Shown piece after piece: positions 1 through 12,023 of a stretch of 64,000 bases of DNA; position 1 is the stretch's first letter; every line of letters begins with the position of its first letter. A program made the position numbers and the translations under genes. The DNA lies in the NCBI RefSeq assembly GCF_006345805.1, contig NC_043012.1, positions 44,392,001-44,456,000 on the forward strand. Direction: 5' to 3'. Origin of the DNA: Octopus sinensis. Lineage: Eukaryota. Below the pieces are notes generated by a model. That model was not told where the DNA came from and did not search any database. It saw only the letters and a program-made list of their open reading frames with translations.

Positions 1-3000
1 TAGCCAATAACATAGGGCATACATACATTCACTTTTATATATGATATTTTGCTAAGACACTGCTATTTTCTTGGACCATTCAGACAGTAAAGAATTGGCT
101 TCTGTTTTTGATAAAATAATTTCATATTATGTCCTACATTCATTATAGAATATTTAGTGGGCATTAGTCATTTAACAGATATATTTTTAGTGCTTATTCT
201 TTTATAATAGTACTCTGTGGTTGGAAAGATAAGAGTTAAATAAACAGTTAAGTAGATAAATGCTGAGCTATATTGATAATGGATCAATTGATAAATATGC
301 TAGCTAGACTGATAAGCAGAAATCCCAGAGACCAGACAGATAGACATCACAAGTGGTACCATGTAAACATGTGACAATAGCTGGATGTTTCCTATTATCA
401 ATAAGTTCTTCAATCTCCATCAACATCAATAATCAAGGCATCGCAGAATTTTAGATTTTCTATTAAATCCCTTGTTATACTAAACAATGCAAAACTCTTG
501 GTGATGTCCTTATGTTCTTATCACATGATTCTTGTGAGAATGTGTGTGAGAGAGAGAGAGAGATCTACACACACACACACATGTACATCTACACATATAC
601 ATGCATACATATAGAAAGATATTCATATATGGATATATGTGCAAATACATCTCTCTCTCTCTCCGTATTTTTTTATTTGTAGCAGTCATTTGACAGCAGC
701 CATGCTGGAGCACCACCTTAAAGGATTTTTTAGTCAAAGAAATTGACCCAGGACGTTTTGTAAGCCTGGTACTTATTCTATCATTCACATTTGCTGAACT
801 GGTAAGTTGCAGGGGTGTAAACAAACCAACATCGGTTGTCAAGTAATGGTGCAAGGACAAACAAAGACACAAAGACACACGCAAACACACACACATATCT
901 TAGCTTAAAAGCTGCACTCCGTGTGGACTTTTATACTGGCTCCTGTGGAGGGCCAAATGAGACTGCGGGCCAAAACTAAAGAGAACAATAATAATAAAGC
1001 ATTTATTGGTACTCTACCAATATGGTGTTACTTTAAATTCAGTGAAATGAAGAACTCGTAAGTTCACAAATTCTTGGAGTTCTTTTAAAATTTGAATAAA
1101 AGATGTATATACACACACATATATATTGTAGTTTTGTGTCCTGTTTGTCCCCCACCACCACTTGATAACTGGCGTTGCTGTGTTTACATTCACGTAACTT
1201 AGTGGTTCAGTTAAAGAGGCCAATAAAAAAGGTACCAGACACAAAAAAGAAAGAACTGGTGTCGATTTTATCGATTAAAATTCTTCAAGGGTGGCCGCAC
1301 GCTGATGACTGGAAAAGATAAAAGAACCACTAAGTTTCTTAAAGCTAAGGGAGATAACTCTTGTACTATGGCATTGAAAACTCTGGTGGTCACTTTACCT
1401 GCTAGAAATAGCATCTCAAATGCTTTTAAATCAGATCTTAATGCTGGATGTTCAAGTACCAAATGAAGGGTAAATTTTCAATCTTGGGATCATCCTGATT
1501 CCAAGAAAGTATAATATGTCTATGTAGAGCAAATGTAGACTGAGATACAGGGGTCTCAGATGGAGAGACAGCTATTGTTAATATAGATATACGACAGGCT
1601 TCTTTCAGTTTCTGTTTACCAAATCCACTCACAAGGTTTGGTCGGCCTGAGCCTATAGCAGAAGACACTTGCCCAAGGCACCACGCAGTGGGACTGAACC
1701 CAGAACCATGTGGTTGGGAAGTAAGCTTCTTATCACGTGGACCATCTATGTATCACACATAATGTTTACACACTAACGAAGGCTAGTTATGGCAGTATTT
1801 GTTCTGAGATAACATCTCTTATAGATTTGCTGTGTTAAGAATGCAATAATTATCAGAAAGAGAAACAGACAAACAGACAGATGAAAATTTGTCCCAGTGA
1901 CAACCAGTGAGGACACTGGATGCATTTTTGGTCTGTTTGGGCCTGAAAATTAAATGACATGATTGTTGAGTCTTATCATGAAGAGATCTTCTGTTGTACC
2001 ATCATATTTCTGTACTTGCTTCATACTTGTATATATGCATGAATAGATGGATGAATGTGTATGTATATATGTATATATATATATATAATTTACAATTATA
2101 ATTATGTGTGTGTGTGTAAATATATGTATATAAATAATAACAAAACAAGTTACTGATATTTCAAATGCATATAATACATATATTTCAAGTGGTTACCCAT
2201 CAAGTCATATATTCTCTTCAATTGTTAGAAGGGAAATTTGTGTTATGTAATCATTTGAAAATTACGTAGGATATGCATTCAAAATATCAGTAATTGGGTT
2301 TGTTATTTTTCAAACATTATGTGTCTTATATTTATAACAATATAGCCTATCCTTATTTGGATAATACAGTTACAATGCAACATGCATTTCAGAATGAACA
2401 CTGAGTTCAAAACAACTAGAAAAGTGTACTGCATCAAAGCATACAACTGAATATATGTGTGTGTGTGCATATGTGCACGTGTATAATGGGTAAGAATACA
2501 GAAAAAGGCAGACAAATAGTATCCTTTCTGCCAAGCCTTCTATTACTTACTCTATTCACCCCTCTCTGTTTCAAGATGGGGTTGTGTGTGTGTGTGTGTG
2601 TGTGCGAAATAACTTCACTCATTAAGATTTTGTTTCCGTCTGAAGCAGCAATGAGTGTCCAGCATATAATTTAAACTTGTCTTATTCCATATACATTCAC
2701 TAACGCCAATCTACTCCATATACACATGCACACAATGCACAATGCCTCACTTACTGAGATCCAGACACCAGAAAGAGCTATGAAGGCTTACTCTTATTCC
2801 CTTCTTTCTTGTTTGTGAGATTAAGATATGACCTCTCCACATATTCTTCAACCAATCTATGAGGAACTACTACAAAGTATTAGTCAGACCATGATCTCTT
2901 TTATTTGAGTTATCAGAGCAAACTACTCTCAGCTCTTACTTTCCTGTTTTTCCATAATTTACTTCTCACCTTCCCAAGTGTTAAACTAATACTCCTGCTT

Positions 3001-3310
3001 GTTGTTTATACACCTGTCTACGTCTTTTGTTTTTCTGTAAATTTCAACTACATATATATATATATTTGCTCGACTAAAAGGCAGTGCTCTAGCATGGCCA
3101 GTCAAGTGACTGAAACAAATAAAACAGTAAAAGAGTATATATGACTAAGGTTTTAGAACATCTACATTGCTAGAAGGTAACACATTGCACACAGCTGTCT
3201 ATATTAATCTTTTATATATATTATATATATTTATATATATGCACAGTGTGTGGCAGCACCAACAGTCGCCAGTCAAATTTACCACATTTGTATACAAATA
3301 TATATATATA

Positions 3311-3577
3311 TCACGTGATCACGTGACCGACCAGACCATCAGATGTTGCTACACATCGCTGGTCACAATGCATTCGCATTGTATTAGCCTTCAAATGACG
3401 CCACCCCGCTGGCTAAGCGAGCAGGCCAACAGAAGAAAGAGTGAGAGAAAGAGTACAACAGAGATCACCACCCTCTGCCGGAGGCTCGTGGAGCTTTTAG
3501 GTGTTTTTGCTGGGAATCGAAACCGCGATCCTACGTCCGCGAGTCCAGTGCCCTAACCACTGGGCTATTGGGCTTCC
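3311..3577 (-). mobile_element. tRNA-derived SINE (minor family), single copy
   Basis: The minus strand starts GGAAGCCCAATAGCCCAGTGGTTAGGGCACTGGACTCGCGGACGTAGGATCGCGGTTTCGATTCCC, with A-box and B-box-like motifs. It continues into a non-tRNA body and ends GTCACGTGATCACGTGA next to (TA)n. Confidence 0.75.
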
Positions 3578-3691
3578 AAATATATATATATTTATATATA
3601 TTGATAAAAATGGTAAGACAACAAAAGAATGAAAGAGACCTCGATATTATGTAAATAGAGGAATTTATCTGTAAATGTAATATGTGACAAT

Positions 3692-3750
<59 letters not shown>

Positions 3751-3826
3751 TGTATGTATGTATATTGTCAGTAGTTCATATATCTGAAAAAGAAGCACTC
3801 TGAAGCATTAGGACAATAATGTAATT

Positions 3827-4049
3827 TTAGGAAGTTAAAAGTTATGGCTGGTCATAGAGTGACCATTTGACCATTGGTGTTGCACCTTTAAAAGTGATTA
3901 GCACTACAAGCGCTACTCATTAGACAAAAAAATGGTTGAAGGCACCTTCAGCCATTTTTTTGTCTAATGAGTCCACTGTACTGCTAACCACTTTATAGGT
4001 GCAAAACTAATTGTCACTCTATGACCAGCCATGACTTTTAACTTCCTAA
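3827..4049. repeat. Imperfect ~220-bp palindrome made of two decayed hammerhead-family copies, head-to-head
   Basis: Outer arms TTAGGAAGTTAAAAGTTATGGCTGGTCATAGAGTGAC / GTCACTCTATGACCAGCCATGACTTTTAACTTCCTAA. Inner arms ACTCATTAGACAAAAAAATGG / CCATTTTTTTGTCTAATGAGT. The right arm aligns by eye with 11,965-12,040. Confidence 0.8.
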
Positions 4050-4467
4050 TAAATGTCTGTGGGTGGTGGTGGGTGAGGACTTCATAAATATGAATAAAAT
4101 GCGGGAAAATTATTAGGAAAGCAAAATCTGGTAGGATTGTAAGGATAAAATTTGAAAATAGTGTAGGGGAAATAACTCTGTTTTGCTATGTGTTTCAGCT
4201 GCCTCTATAAAAATCAAGAGAGAGCGGATGAGATTGTTGTTAAGAGTTCCTTCACTTGAAACTAAGAAGTGTAATTTAGGCTTGGCAAAGAGAATGAATA
4301 GTAAAAAATTGCGTGATTATTTATGAAATGTTGTAGGGAAGTGAAAAGACGGTAAAACTAGTTGTAAATTACATTTATATATACAGATTTATATGACTGA
4401 CTTAAACCTTTGGACGTGATGCTTCACCAAAGCTGCAGACCAAAGACTAACCAATACAAAAGTAGAA

Positions 4468-4514
<47 letters not shown>

Positions 4515-4559
4515 ATACATATACAATACAAAAGTAAAAGAATATATATATATATACAT

Positions 4560-5311
4560 CTTATCTACTCCATTCGTTAACTCTTGTATATCTATCTATC
4601 TATCTGTCTATCCATATATATATCCTTTTATCTTTACGACCACTTTGTATACTTTTGTATCTTTTTATCTTTATCTCACTTTATCTTTATTTTTGTTTTT
4701 TCATTTTTTACTCTTTATTTTTTGTACCTTTTACACTTTCACAATACATTTCTAGAATTTATGACCCTATACCTGACGTTCTTTATATCTTTATATATTT
4801 ATATTTTTACATCTTTACTTTTTATTATATTTTATATTTTATTATCCTTTATAATTATATTTATATATTTTTTTTGTGATCCCAACTTCATTAACGTTTC
4901 CTCTCCTTCCCTTCCTTTCTCCTTTTTCTCTTTCTCTCAACATCCAATTCCTTCCCTTACATGAAAGAATCTACCCAGTATTCATTCTATATTGAGTGAG
5001 AAAACGGTATAGACGTTTTTTTTGTGTGGGGGGAGTCTAATAATGCCATGTACGCCTATGAAGATTTACAAACATACTTTCCCAGTGATACTCGGTTTAC
5101 CTACCACTATAAACAATACCAAATGTTTTTTCTCAAACCTTTCATAATGTGATACAAGTCTTTGGTGTAGCAATTGCATGCGGCTGAAGAGGGCTTTTGA
5201 ACTATCTGTTATGTCGATTATGCATTGATGTAAGAATAAGTTGTTCTATAAAGCTCGAAATATATGTACCGCGACATCCTTTGTGTCCTGTTTTTCATTT
5301 TATTTCATTTG

Positions 5312-5312
<1 letters not shown>
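4560..5312 (+). mobile_element. (TA)n-flanked non-coding element with a hammerhead near its 3' end (Penelope pLTR/retrozyme-like)
   Basis: A pyrimidine-rich unique block bounded by (TA)n on both sides. It contains the HHR at 5,180-5,272. The motif CAATACAAAA(G/A)TAAAAGAATATATA occurs on both flanks (~4,524 and ~5,363). Confidence 0.55.
5180..5272 (+). ncRNA. Type I hammerhead ribozyme with minimal stem III
   Basis: GCGG-CTGAAGA-GGGCTTT...AAAGCTC-GAAA-T-ATAT-G-TA/CCGC. Stem I GCGG:CCGC, core CUGAAGA and GAAA, 7-bp stem II, GUA cleavage triplet (cut predicted after 5,268). Confidence 0.8.
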
Positions 5313-5364
<52 letters not shown>

Positions 5365-5937
5365 ATACAAAAATAAAAGAATATATATATATATATATAT
5401 AATACTCTTTTACTTGTTCAAGTCGTTCGACTACAGCCATGCTGGAGCACTGTCTTGAAGGGTTTCTGTTGAACAAATTGAGCCTAGTGCTTATTGTATC
5501 ACTCTCTTTTGCCAAACCGCTAGGTTACAAGGTTGTAAACAGACCAACACCAGTTGTCAAGCAGTGTTGGGGGGGGGACAAACACAGACGCACATAGATA
5601 TCATCATCATCATCATCATCATTTAATGTCCACTCTCCATGGGTGAAACTGTTTGACTGGAGTTCATGAACCAGAGAGCTACACCAGATTCCAGTCTTAT
5701 TTGACATGGTTTCTTCACCTGGATGCCTTTCTAATGCCAACCATATATATATATGTATGTGTGTGTGTGTGTGTGCCAACCATATATATGTGTGTGTGTG
5801 AGCTTTCACGTGCCACCGGCATGGGTGCCATTTACATGGCACCATCAGTGACTATAACTATAATTCAATGGTGCCATTTAAAAAGCTTCAGCGATGGTCT
5901 AACTCCGATTTTCACAGGTGTCATTTATATATATATA

Positions 5938-6012
<75 letters not shown>

Positions 6013-6834
6013 TGATAAAAATGGTAAGACAACAAAAGAATGAAAGAGACCTCAATATTATGTAAATAGAAGAATTTATCTGTAAATGTAATATGTGACA
6101 ATTATTATCATGGCTACCGAATAATTGTCACATATTACATTTACAGATATATATATATATTATATATATATATATATAATATATATATATATATACGACA
6201 GGCTTCTTTCAGTTTCCGTCTACCAAATCCACTCACAAGACTTTGGTCAGTCCAAGGCTATAGTAAAAGATACTTGCCCTAGGTGCTACTCTGTGGGACC
6301 AAACCTGGAACCAATAAATATATATAGGGATATATATAAATATATATGTGGGACCAAACCTGCAAATACAATAAATATATATAGGGATAAGTTATCCTGC
6401 CAGGTACTGTAAGAGATTTCAAGTATGGTTCAGCTTCCAGCTAACTGCATCAAGTAGCAAGAAGCATCAAGGATTGCTTAGGGTGAGCAATCCCACTGTA
6501 ATTCTTCTGTGGATAAATCCAGATTTACTTTACTGGATTATGAATGTTTTCGGGAATGTAAATCCAATTATAATGAATAAAAGACTGGTAATTCTTTAAA
6601 TTTTGCTTTTAATTTAACAGTTAATTATACAACATAATTTGTTTGTTAAAATTACCAAAACTTATTTCTGCTGCATGGAGTATGTGCAGTTGCATATGCA
6701 ATTTCACTCAAAGTCTTTCCACAAGCATGGTCTGAAGTGATTCATACACACACAGACACACACACAGACACATGTGATGACTGTTAGTAATACCCATCCT
6801 GAAAGTTAAGTCTATAATAGTTTGCATAACACCA

Positions 6835-7500
6835 TTAAGACTCACCTACAAAGCCAAGTTGTCAAGAAACAAGCGAGCACAAGATCTCCTCCTTCACATT
6901 GAAGCAGATGGCTTCTACCATACTGTGGGTTCTTATTTCTTGTGCTTGGGGTTATCCTTCCGATAGATTTCATTATAGAGTGTCTTAGCTTCATCATCTC
7001 TCATCAGTAGATAATACCATGATGACATCTTTGGACAATTGCTTATGGTGTGGGTGATATCTTCAGTGTGAACTGCATCAGTTGTCACATTTTATTGCTT
7101 TTCTTGTATCTTTATCCCTTTTGTGCATCAGGTACTTGGTTGTTATTCCCTGTTCCTGGATTGCAAATGCATACCCTTCAAATTGGGAGGTAGTTATCCA
7201 GCTATTGGTCCATGATAGACTGCTTTGATGATCAATGTTACTACCATCTTGGAGCTTTCTACTAACATATCCATGCAAAGTCTTCTGCTCATAAAGGCTC
7301 ATCTGATGATATGTTGTGGTAGAATCATGTGACTTCTTTGGGCATGTATTCTAGGTTATCAGACAAGGAGTGTTGCCATCAAGTCTTATAATGTTATCAG
7401 CCGAATGTATGTGAACTTGATCAAGGGATGCACATCAACACTTGGTGGTTAAAAGATGTTGCCAAAGGAATATGATATGACATTCAAAGGCACTTTGAAT
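6835..7500 (-). mobile_element. Decayed R4/Dong-like (RLE-type) non-LTR retrotransposon fragment, post-RT and zinc-knuckle region
   Basis: The ORF at 7078-7302 reads KTLHGY...IDHQSSLSW...FEGYAFAIQEQGITTKY, matching the remembered LHG..IDK.S..WL..EGF..AIQDQ.I.T motif of this clade. It has stops and frameshifts downstream. Confidence 0.65.
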
Positions 7501-7529
7501 CTATGTTAAACTTCTGCTGCCTTGTTTAT

Positions 7530-7595
<66 letters not shown>

Positions 7596-7995
7596 TTACT
7601 GAATTTAGTCAGGACCCTCATCCTCTCTCTCCTAACTGGACTACCTCCACCCTTCTCAATCTGATGCACTACTTTTATAATTGTGATTATAATCCTGTCT
7701 CCTCTGAGCTGAGAGGTCTATCACTTTGGCTAGTGTATCCATGGAGATTGAGTCAGTCTCCTTGATTGGGCTTGTTGGGATGAAAATAGGGGAGTGGAAA
7801 AATTGCCATGTTTAATAAAATTAAAATAGTTCCAGTTTTTCTTTTCATTTGTCAAACACCTTTGTGAAGAAAAAGGAATTACGTAGATGCAAACTCTATT
7901 TTGTCATCTAATTATGGAGAAGAGTGCCATAAATTTTATTTACCAATATGTGAGGCAAGGCCAGTATTTGTCAAACTGGGAACTACTGTCCTAGG

Positions 7996-8361
7996 TTGTC
8001 TGCCACATGGCCTGGGGTTTTGAATGTCTTGTCAGAAACCAATACTACATAGTTACTGATTGGTCTTATTATTGTATGGGTAAGCTATTCTTGTTTCTTC
8101 CTTCTTATTATCTTGTGGAGTATTTCAACACCTGCCTGGTAATGATACCCAAAATATCAACCATAAACATGACATTTCAAAACGCAATGTTTATGGTTGA
8201 TATTTTGGGTATCATTACCAGGCAGGTGTTGAAATACTCCACAAGATAATAAGAAGGAAGAAACAGGAATAGCTTACCCATACAATAATAAGACTAATCA
8301 GTAACTATGTAGCATTGGTTTCTGACAAGACATTCAAAACCCCAGGCCATGTGGCAGGCAA
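7996..8361. repeat. Long near-perfect inverted repeat (175-bp arms, 16-nt spacer)
   Basis: 7,996-8,170 is the reverse complement of 8,187-8,361, with about 4 mismatches, all transitions. The spacer is GACATTTCAAAACGCA. Confidence 0.95.
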
Positions 8362-8364
8362 ATG

Positions 8365-9150
8365 GAGTACCTGACCAGTGGAATATGTCCTCTCCTCAGA
8401 AAGCTGAAGAATATGTGTTAGCACTCAGGCATTAATATATAACAGAAGTGATGTATGCATTTGCCACCTCTGTCTGACCTTTCAGAGTCAGCATTCTCTT
8501 GGCCCATTTCTAGGTGAGACTCGCCACCCTGCTTGTCACCTAATCCATGTTCTTCTCCATCTGGAGACTCTGAAAAATTTAACTGGTCCGTCCATCCAGC
8601 ATCCCATGATGTTATTAAATAGCATGGATCTGCCTCTCCCAGTGCTGAGCTGTAGGCCCACTGACTTTTCTTGTTTAATTTTTGCTCCTGTCATCATCTC
8701 ATATTCTTTTAGAGCTTTTGCTGATCAGGTCTATGTGCCTGGTGTTTGTCACTATGATGCTGACATCATCCACATATGCCAACATAGTTCTCCCACGTTC
8801 ATGCAGGATGCCTCTCAATGCCTCCAGTTTCCACAGTGGTACATTTGCAAGAGATGAGAAGGGACTCCTTTTACAGACTGAGTGCATGATGCTGAATGTT
8901 TCTGATGAGTAACCATCCACCCAAACTACCAACGAGATGCTGCTATACATTGCAGCAAACCAGCCGCAGAAAACAGGATCAAAACTGACGGCCAGGTATT
9001 GGTAGTTGATCCTATTATAATAGCAGTAGAATTGATTGAATTTCCACAAGGTTCTGCCATGACTGTAAATACTTTGCAAACTGCAATATCTGACTGTTTC
9101 CATTGTAGAAGTCAGTTGAACATTTAGCCTGCATGAGACCAACTGGTTTC
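8365..9150 (-). mobile_element. Decayed L1/Tx1-clade LINE, reverse transcriptase domains
   Basis: Translation gives MLAYVDDVSIIV (YxDD motif), followed by EYEMMTGAKIKQEKSVGLQL...DGPVK and LKGQTEVANAYI, typical of L1/Tx1 RT. Multiple stops. Confidence 0.8.
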
Positions 9151-11460
9151 TTAGGGTATTCTTACTTCAAGCTGTCTCTATTAGATAAGTTGAGTATTAG
9201 AAGTAATTAAAAGAGGAACATAAAAGCAAATATGATTGTGATGTGATATATATTTTACATCTTTACACATCTTATAAAAATAGCATAACAAGGTTCACCC
9301 TAGTAACAGACTTTCACATCTGGATCCCTTTGTAGCGAATCCTGCATGCATGAAGTGGATTCAATCCACCATAGCCAAATTTGAATTAACACTGCTACAG
9401 AACTTTTCCCACAATGGAACAATGGTTTTTCTCTGACAAGCAGTTTTTACATTTTCCAGATGCCTTTTAGCTAGGCCGAAACAATGTCTTCACCACTTGA
9501 CCCTTTCTAACATCTTCTACTTCACCAAAAGCTAGAATAGATAACAAGACCACCAACTAAATCTATTGTTCTCAATGATATATCTATCCTTCTGGATCTT
9601 TATATAAGCAAGCACACCCCAAGCAAAAATCAGTCAGTAACTTGTCGGCAACTGAACAAGACATTTCGTGACGACTCAATTAGTAAGGAAAGGACTGCTA
9701 GAATTTAATGGTCAGAGAGAGAAAGAAGAATTCCTACCAGCAACTTCAAATACCGTTCCACACTCTCTCCCTCTCACTAGCTCGAACTCTGTTCTCTTAG
9801 AACATCATTCTATCTCTCTCAGCAATTACTACTAACAACAAAGAGAACCCAAACTCAAACATTCTACCGCATCTATCCATCACATGCTTTTGGATTTATC
9901 AACCTGCCTGTCAAGGCAAGGTATTGTAACATAACGGTAAATAAATATTTCCTTAAAACTTCATGCACTTTGTTCCTCCACATCTTACAGTACTGCAAAC
10001 ATAAAAATTATTGTCGTCACACCAGCTGACCACGACATATTTTAATATTGTTTACCAACCAATGTCTCCCATTACAACTAAAAAATTCAATACTGTTACA
10101 CCTTCAAAAAGAGGCATTAGCAAAGGGTCTTCTATGTTGATGCCATGAAGGATCTTATGTTGTTACTCTACCTGTTTATAACATCAAACTACGACCATTC
10201 TTAAAATAGGGACTTCAAATAAAATGTATATTTTAAGAGAGTTGACTCTTTTCTCTTTCCTGTTTCCTTTTTGTCTTGCAATTTACTTGGTGACTCACTG
10301 GTGCTGGTGCCACATAAAAAGCACCTAGTGCACTCTGCAAAGTGGTTGGCATTAGGAAGAGAATTCAGCCATAGAAAACATGCCAAAGCCGACACTAGAG
10401 CTTGACACAGTTGTGCGGATTGCTGAATCCTATCAAACTGTTTCAATCCATGCCAACAGACATTTGATGATGATGCTGAATAGCAAGCCAATACGTAGTG
10501 TTTTAAGAATGGTTTTGCCTTCAAGCATCTCTTAGCCCTTTATGATATGGTAGTGTCCAGTTGTCATGAAAGGTCAGCAGAAATTTGTTAGCAAGGAAAG
10601 TTTTAGTTTCCTCTTTTTCTCTATAAGTTCGTGTTGTGGATAGAGTTTTGGGATATTTATAGTATTTTTCAAATGTAACAAGGTTCTCACTATTTTCCTT
10701 TGATCATGGAGCTTATACCTGACTAATGGACGAGTAAGGTCGTAAATAAAGAACATTCATGGAAAACTGTTGTTGTTTTTGTTCAGTCCAGGTTGGCTCT
10801 AATCGAGTAAACTTATCATCAAAACATTCAAACCGTATTTATTCTGTTATTCTGCCTATCTAGTGCTACCTTCTGTCGTAGGTTCTTCCTTTGCAAAGAT
10901 GGCAGAGGGTAATTTTAAGGAAATTTTGGTTGCTATTTCTAGCATGCAAAATACCTTGCGTAGAATAACAGTTGACTTAAGTTAGCTCAGAGACGAGCAA
11001 CGTAACCTACATCGAATTGTATGTGCCACTCATCATACACTGAAGTGAGTTGCAAAGAATTTATTCGCTCCAGGGGAAGTAACTCTTCCAATCTCGAGGG
11101 TCGTAATCAATTGTAGTAATTAATTACGCTCAGGTCTGCATGCAATACTTCTTATGACAAAAACAGTTGCAAGTTGCAAGAGAAAGCGGGTGCATTGTTA
11201 TTTATTAATTTCTTTTTAAGCCTTCATAATCACTGTTCACTTCCTTTGTATATTCTATGTACCGTTCATGCAGTTTTCGTTAATTATTCTCATCAGTTGT
11301 GCAAATGAGCAATAATTTTGTCAACTGGTTATTATTTTAGATGTTCAATTTGTATTTCACTGATATTGGATAGCCATGATAACGCTGTGTTAACGTATAA
11401 TTTCCAGGATAATGATGTTAATTTCAATAACATTATGTGTGTCTGTGTGTATACAAACAC

Positions 11461-11792
11461 GTAGGAGTGGCTGTGTGGTAAGTGTCTTCTACTATAGCTT
11501 TGGGCCGTCCATAGCCTTGTGAGTAGACGGAAACTGAAAGAAGCCCGTCTTATATATGTATATATATATATGCATGTGCGTGTTTGTGTGTCTGTGTTTG
11601 TCCCCCCAACATCGATTTACAACCGATACTGGTGTGTTTACGTCCCCGTAACTTAGCAGTTCGGCAAAAGACACCGATAGAATAAGTACTAGGCTTACAA
11701 AGAATAAGTCCTGGGGTCGATTTGCTTGACTAAAGGCGGTGCTCCAGCATGCCCACAGTCAAATGACTGAAACAAGTAAAAGAGTAAAAAGT
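11461..11792 (+). mobile_element. tRNA/CORE-type SINE (family A), copy with a head deletion
   Basis: Starts GGAGTGGCTGTGTGGTAAG, has a central (TA/TG)n, and a tail ending GACTGAAACAAGTAAAAGAGTAAAA. Homologous to the other family A copies. Confidence 0.85.
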
Positions 11793-11859
11793 ATATATTA
11801 GTGCAATAGAATAAATAATAAATAGAATAAATATATAATTTTTTCAATACGTATTTTTT

Positions 11860-11945
<86 letters not shown>

Positions 11946-11961
11946 ATGTGCCTCTGGCCAA

Positions 11962-12023
11962 CAAGTCTGACGAGTTGCCTATACCACTAAGATATTTATA
12001 GTTGCGAAACCATCGGTCACTCT
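11962..12023 (+). ncRNA. Probable type I hammerhead ribozyme, partly degenerate
   Basis: AGT-CTGACGA-G..CTATA...TATAG..C-GAAA-CC-ATC-GGTC/ACT. The core and GUC triplet are intact. Stem I is only 3 bp and stem II is imperfect. Confidence 0.55.

Noticed and set aside
4584-4964. Hydrophobic 126-aa ORF resembling a membrane protein
   Set aside because: It is T-rich low-complexity sequence inside the hammerhead-bearing element, with no recognisable motif.
9290-10200. Possible ancient LINE remnants here and at ~17,950-18,720 and 23,260-23,560
   Set aside because: The composition is suggestive, but I could not recover any diagnostic protein motif.
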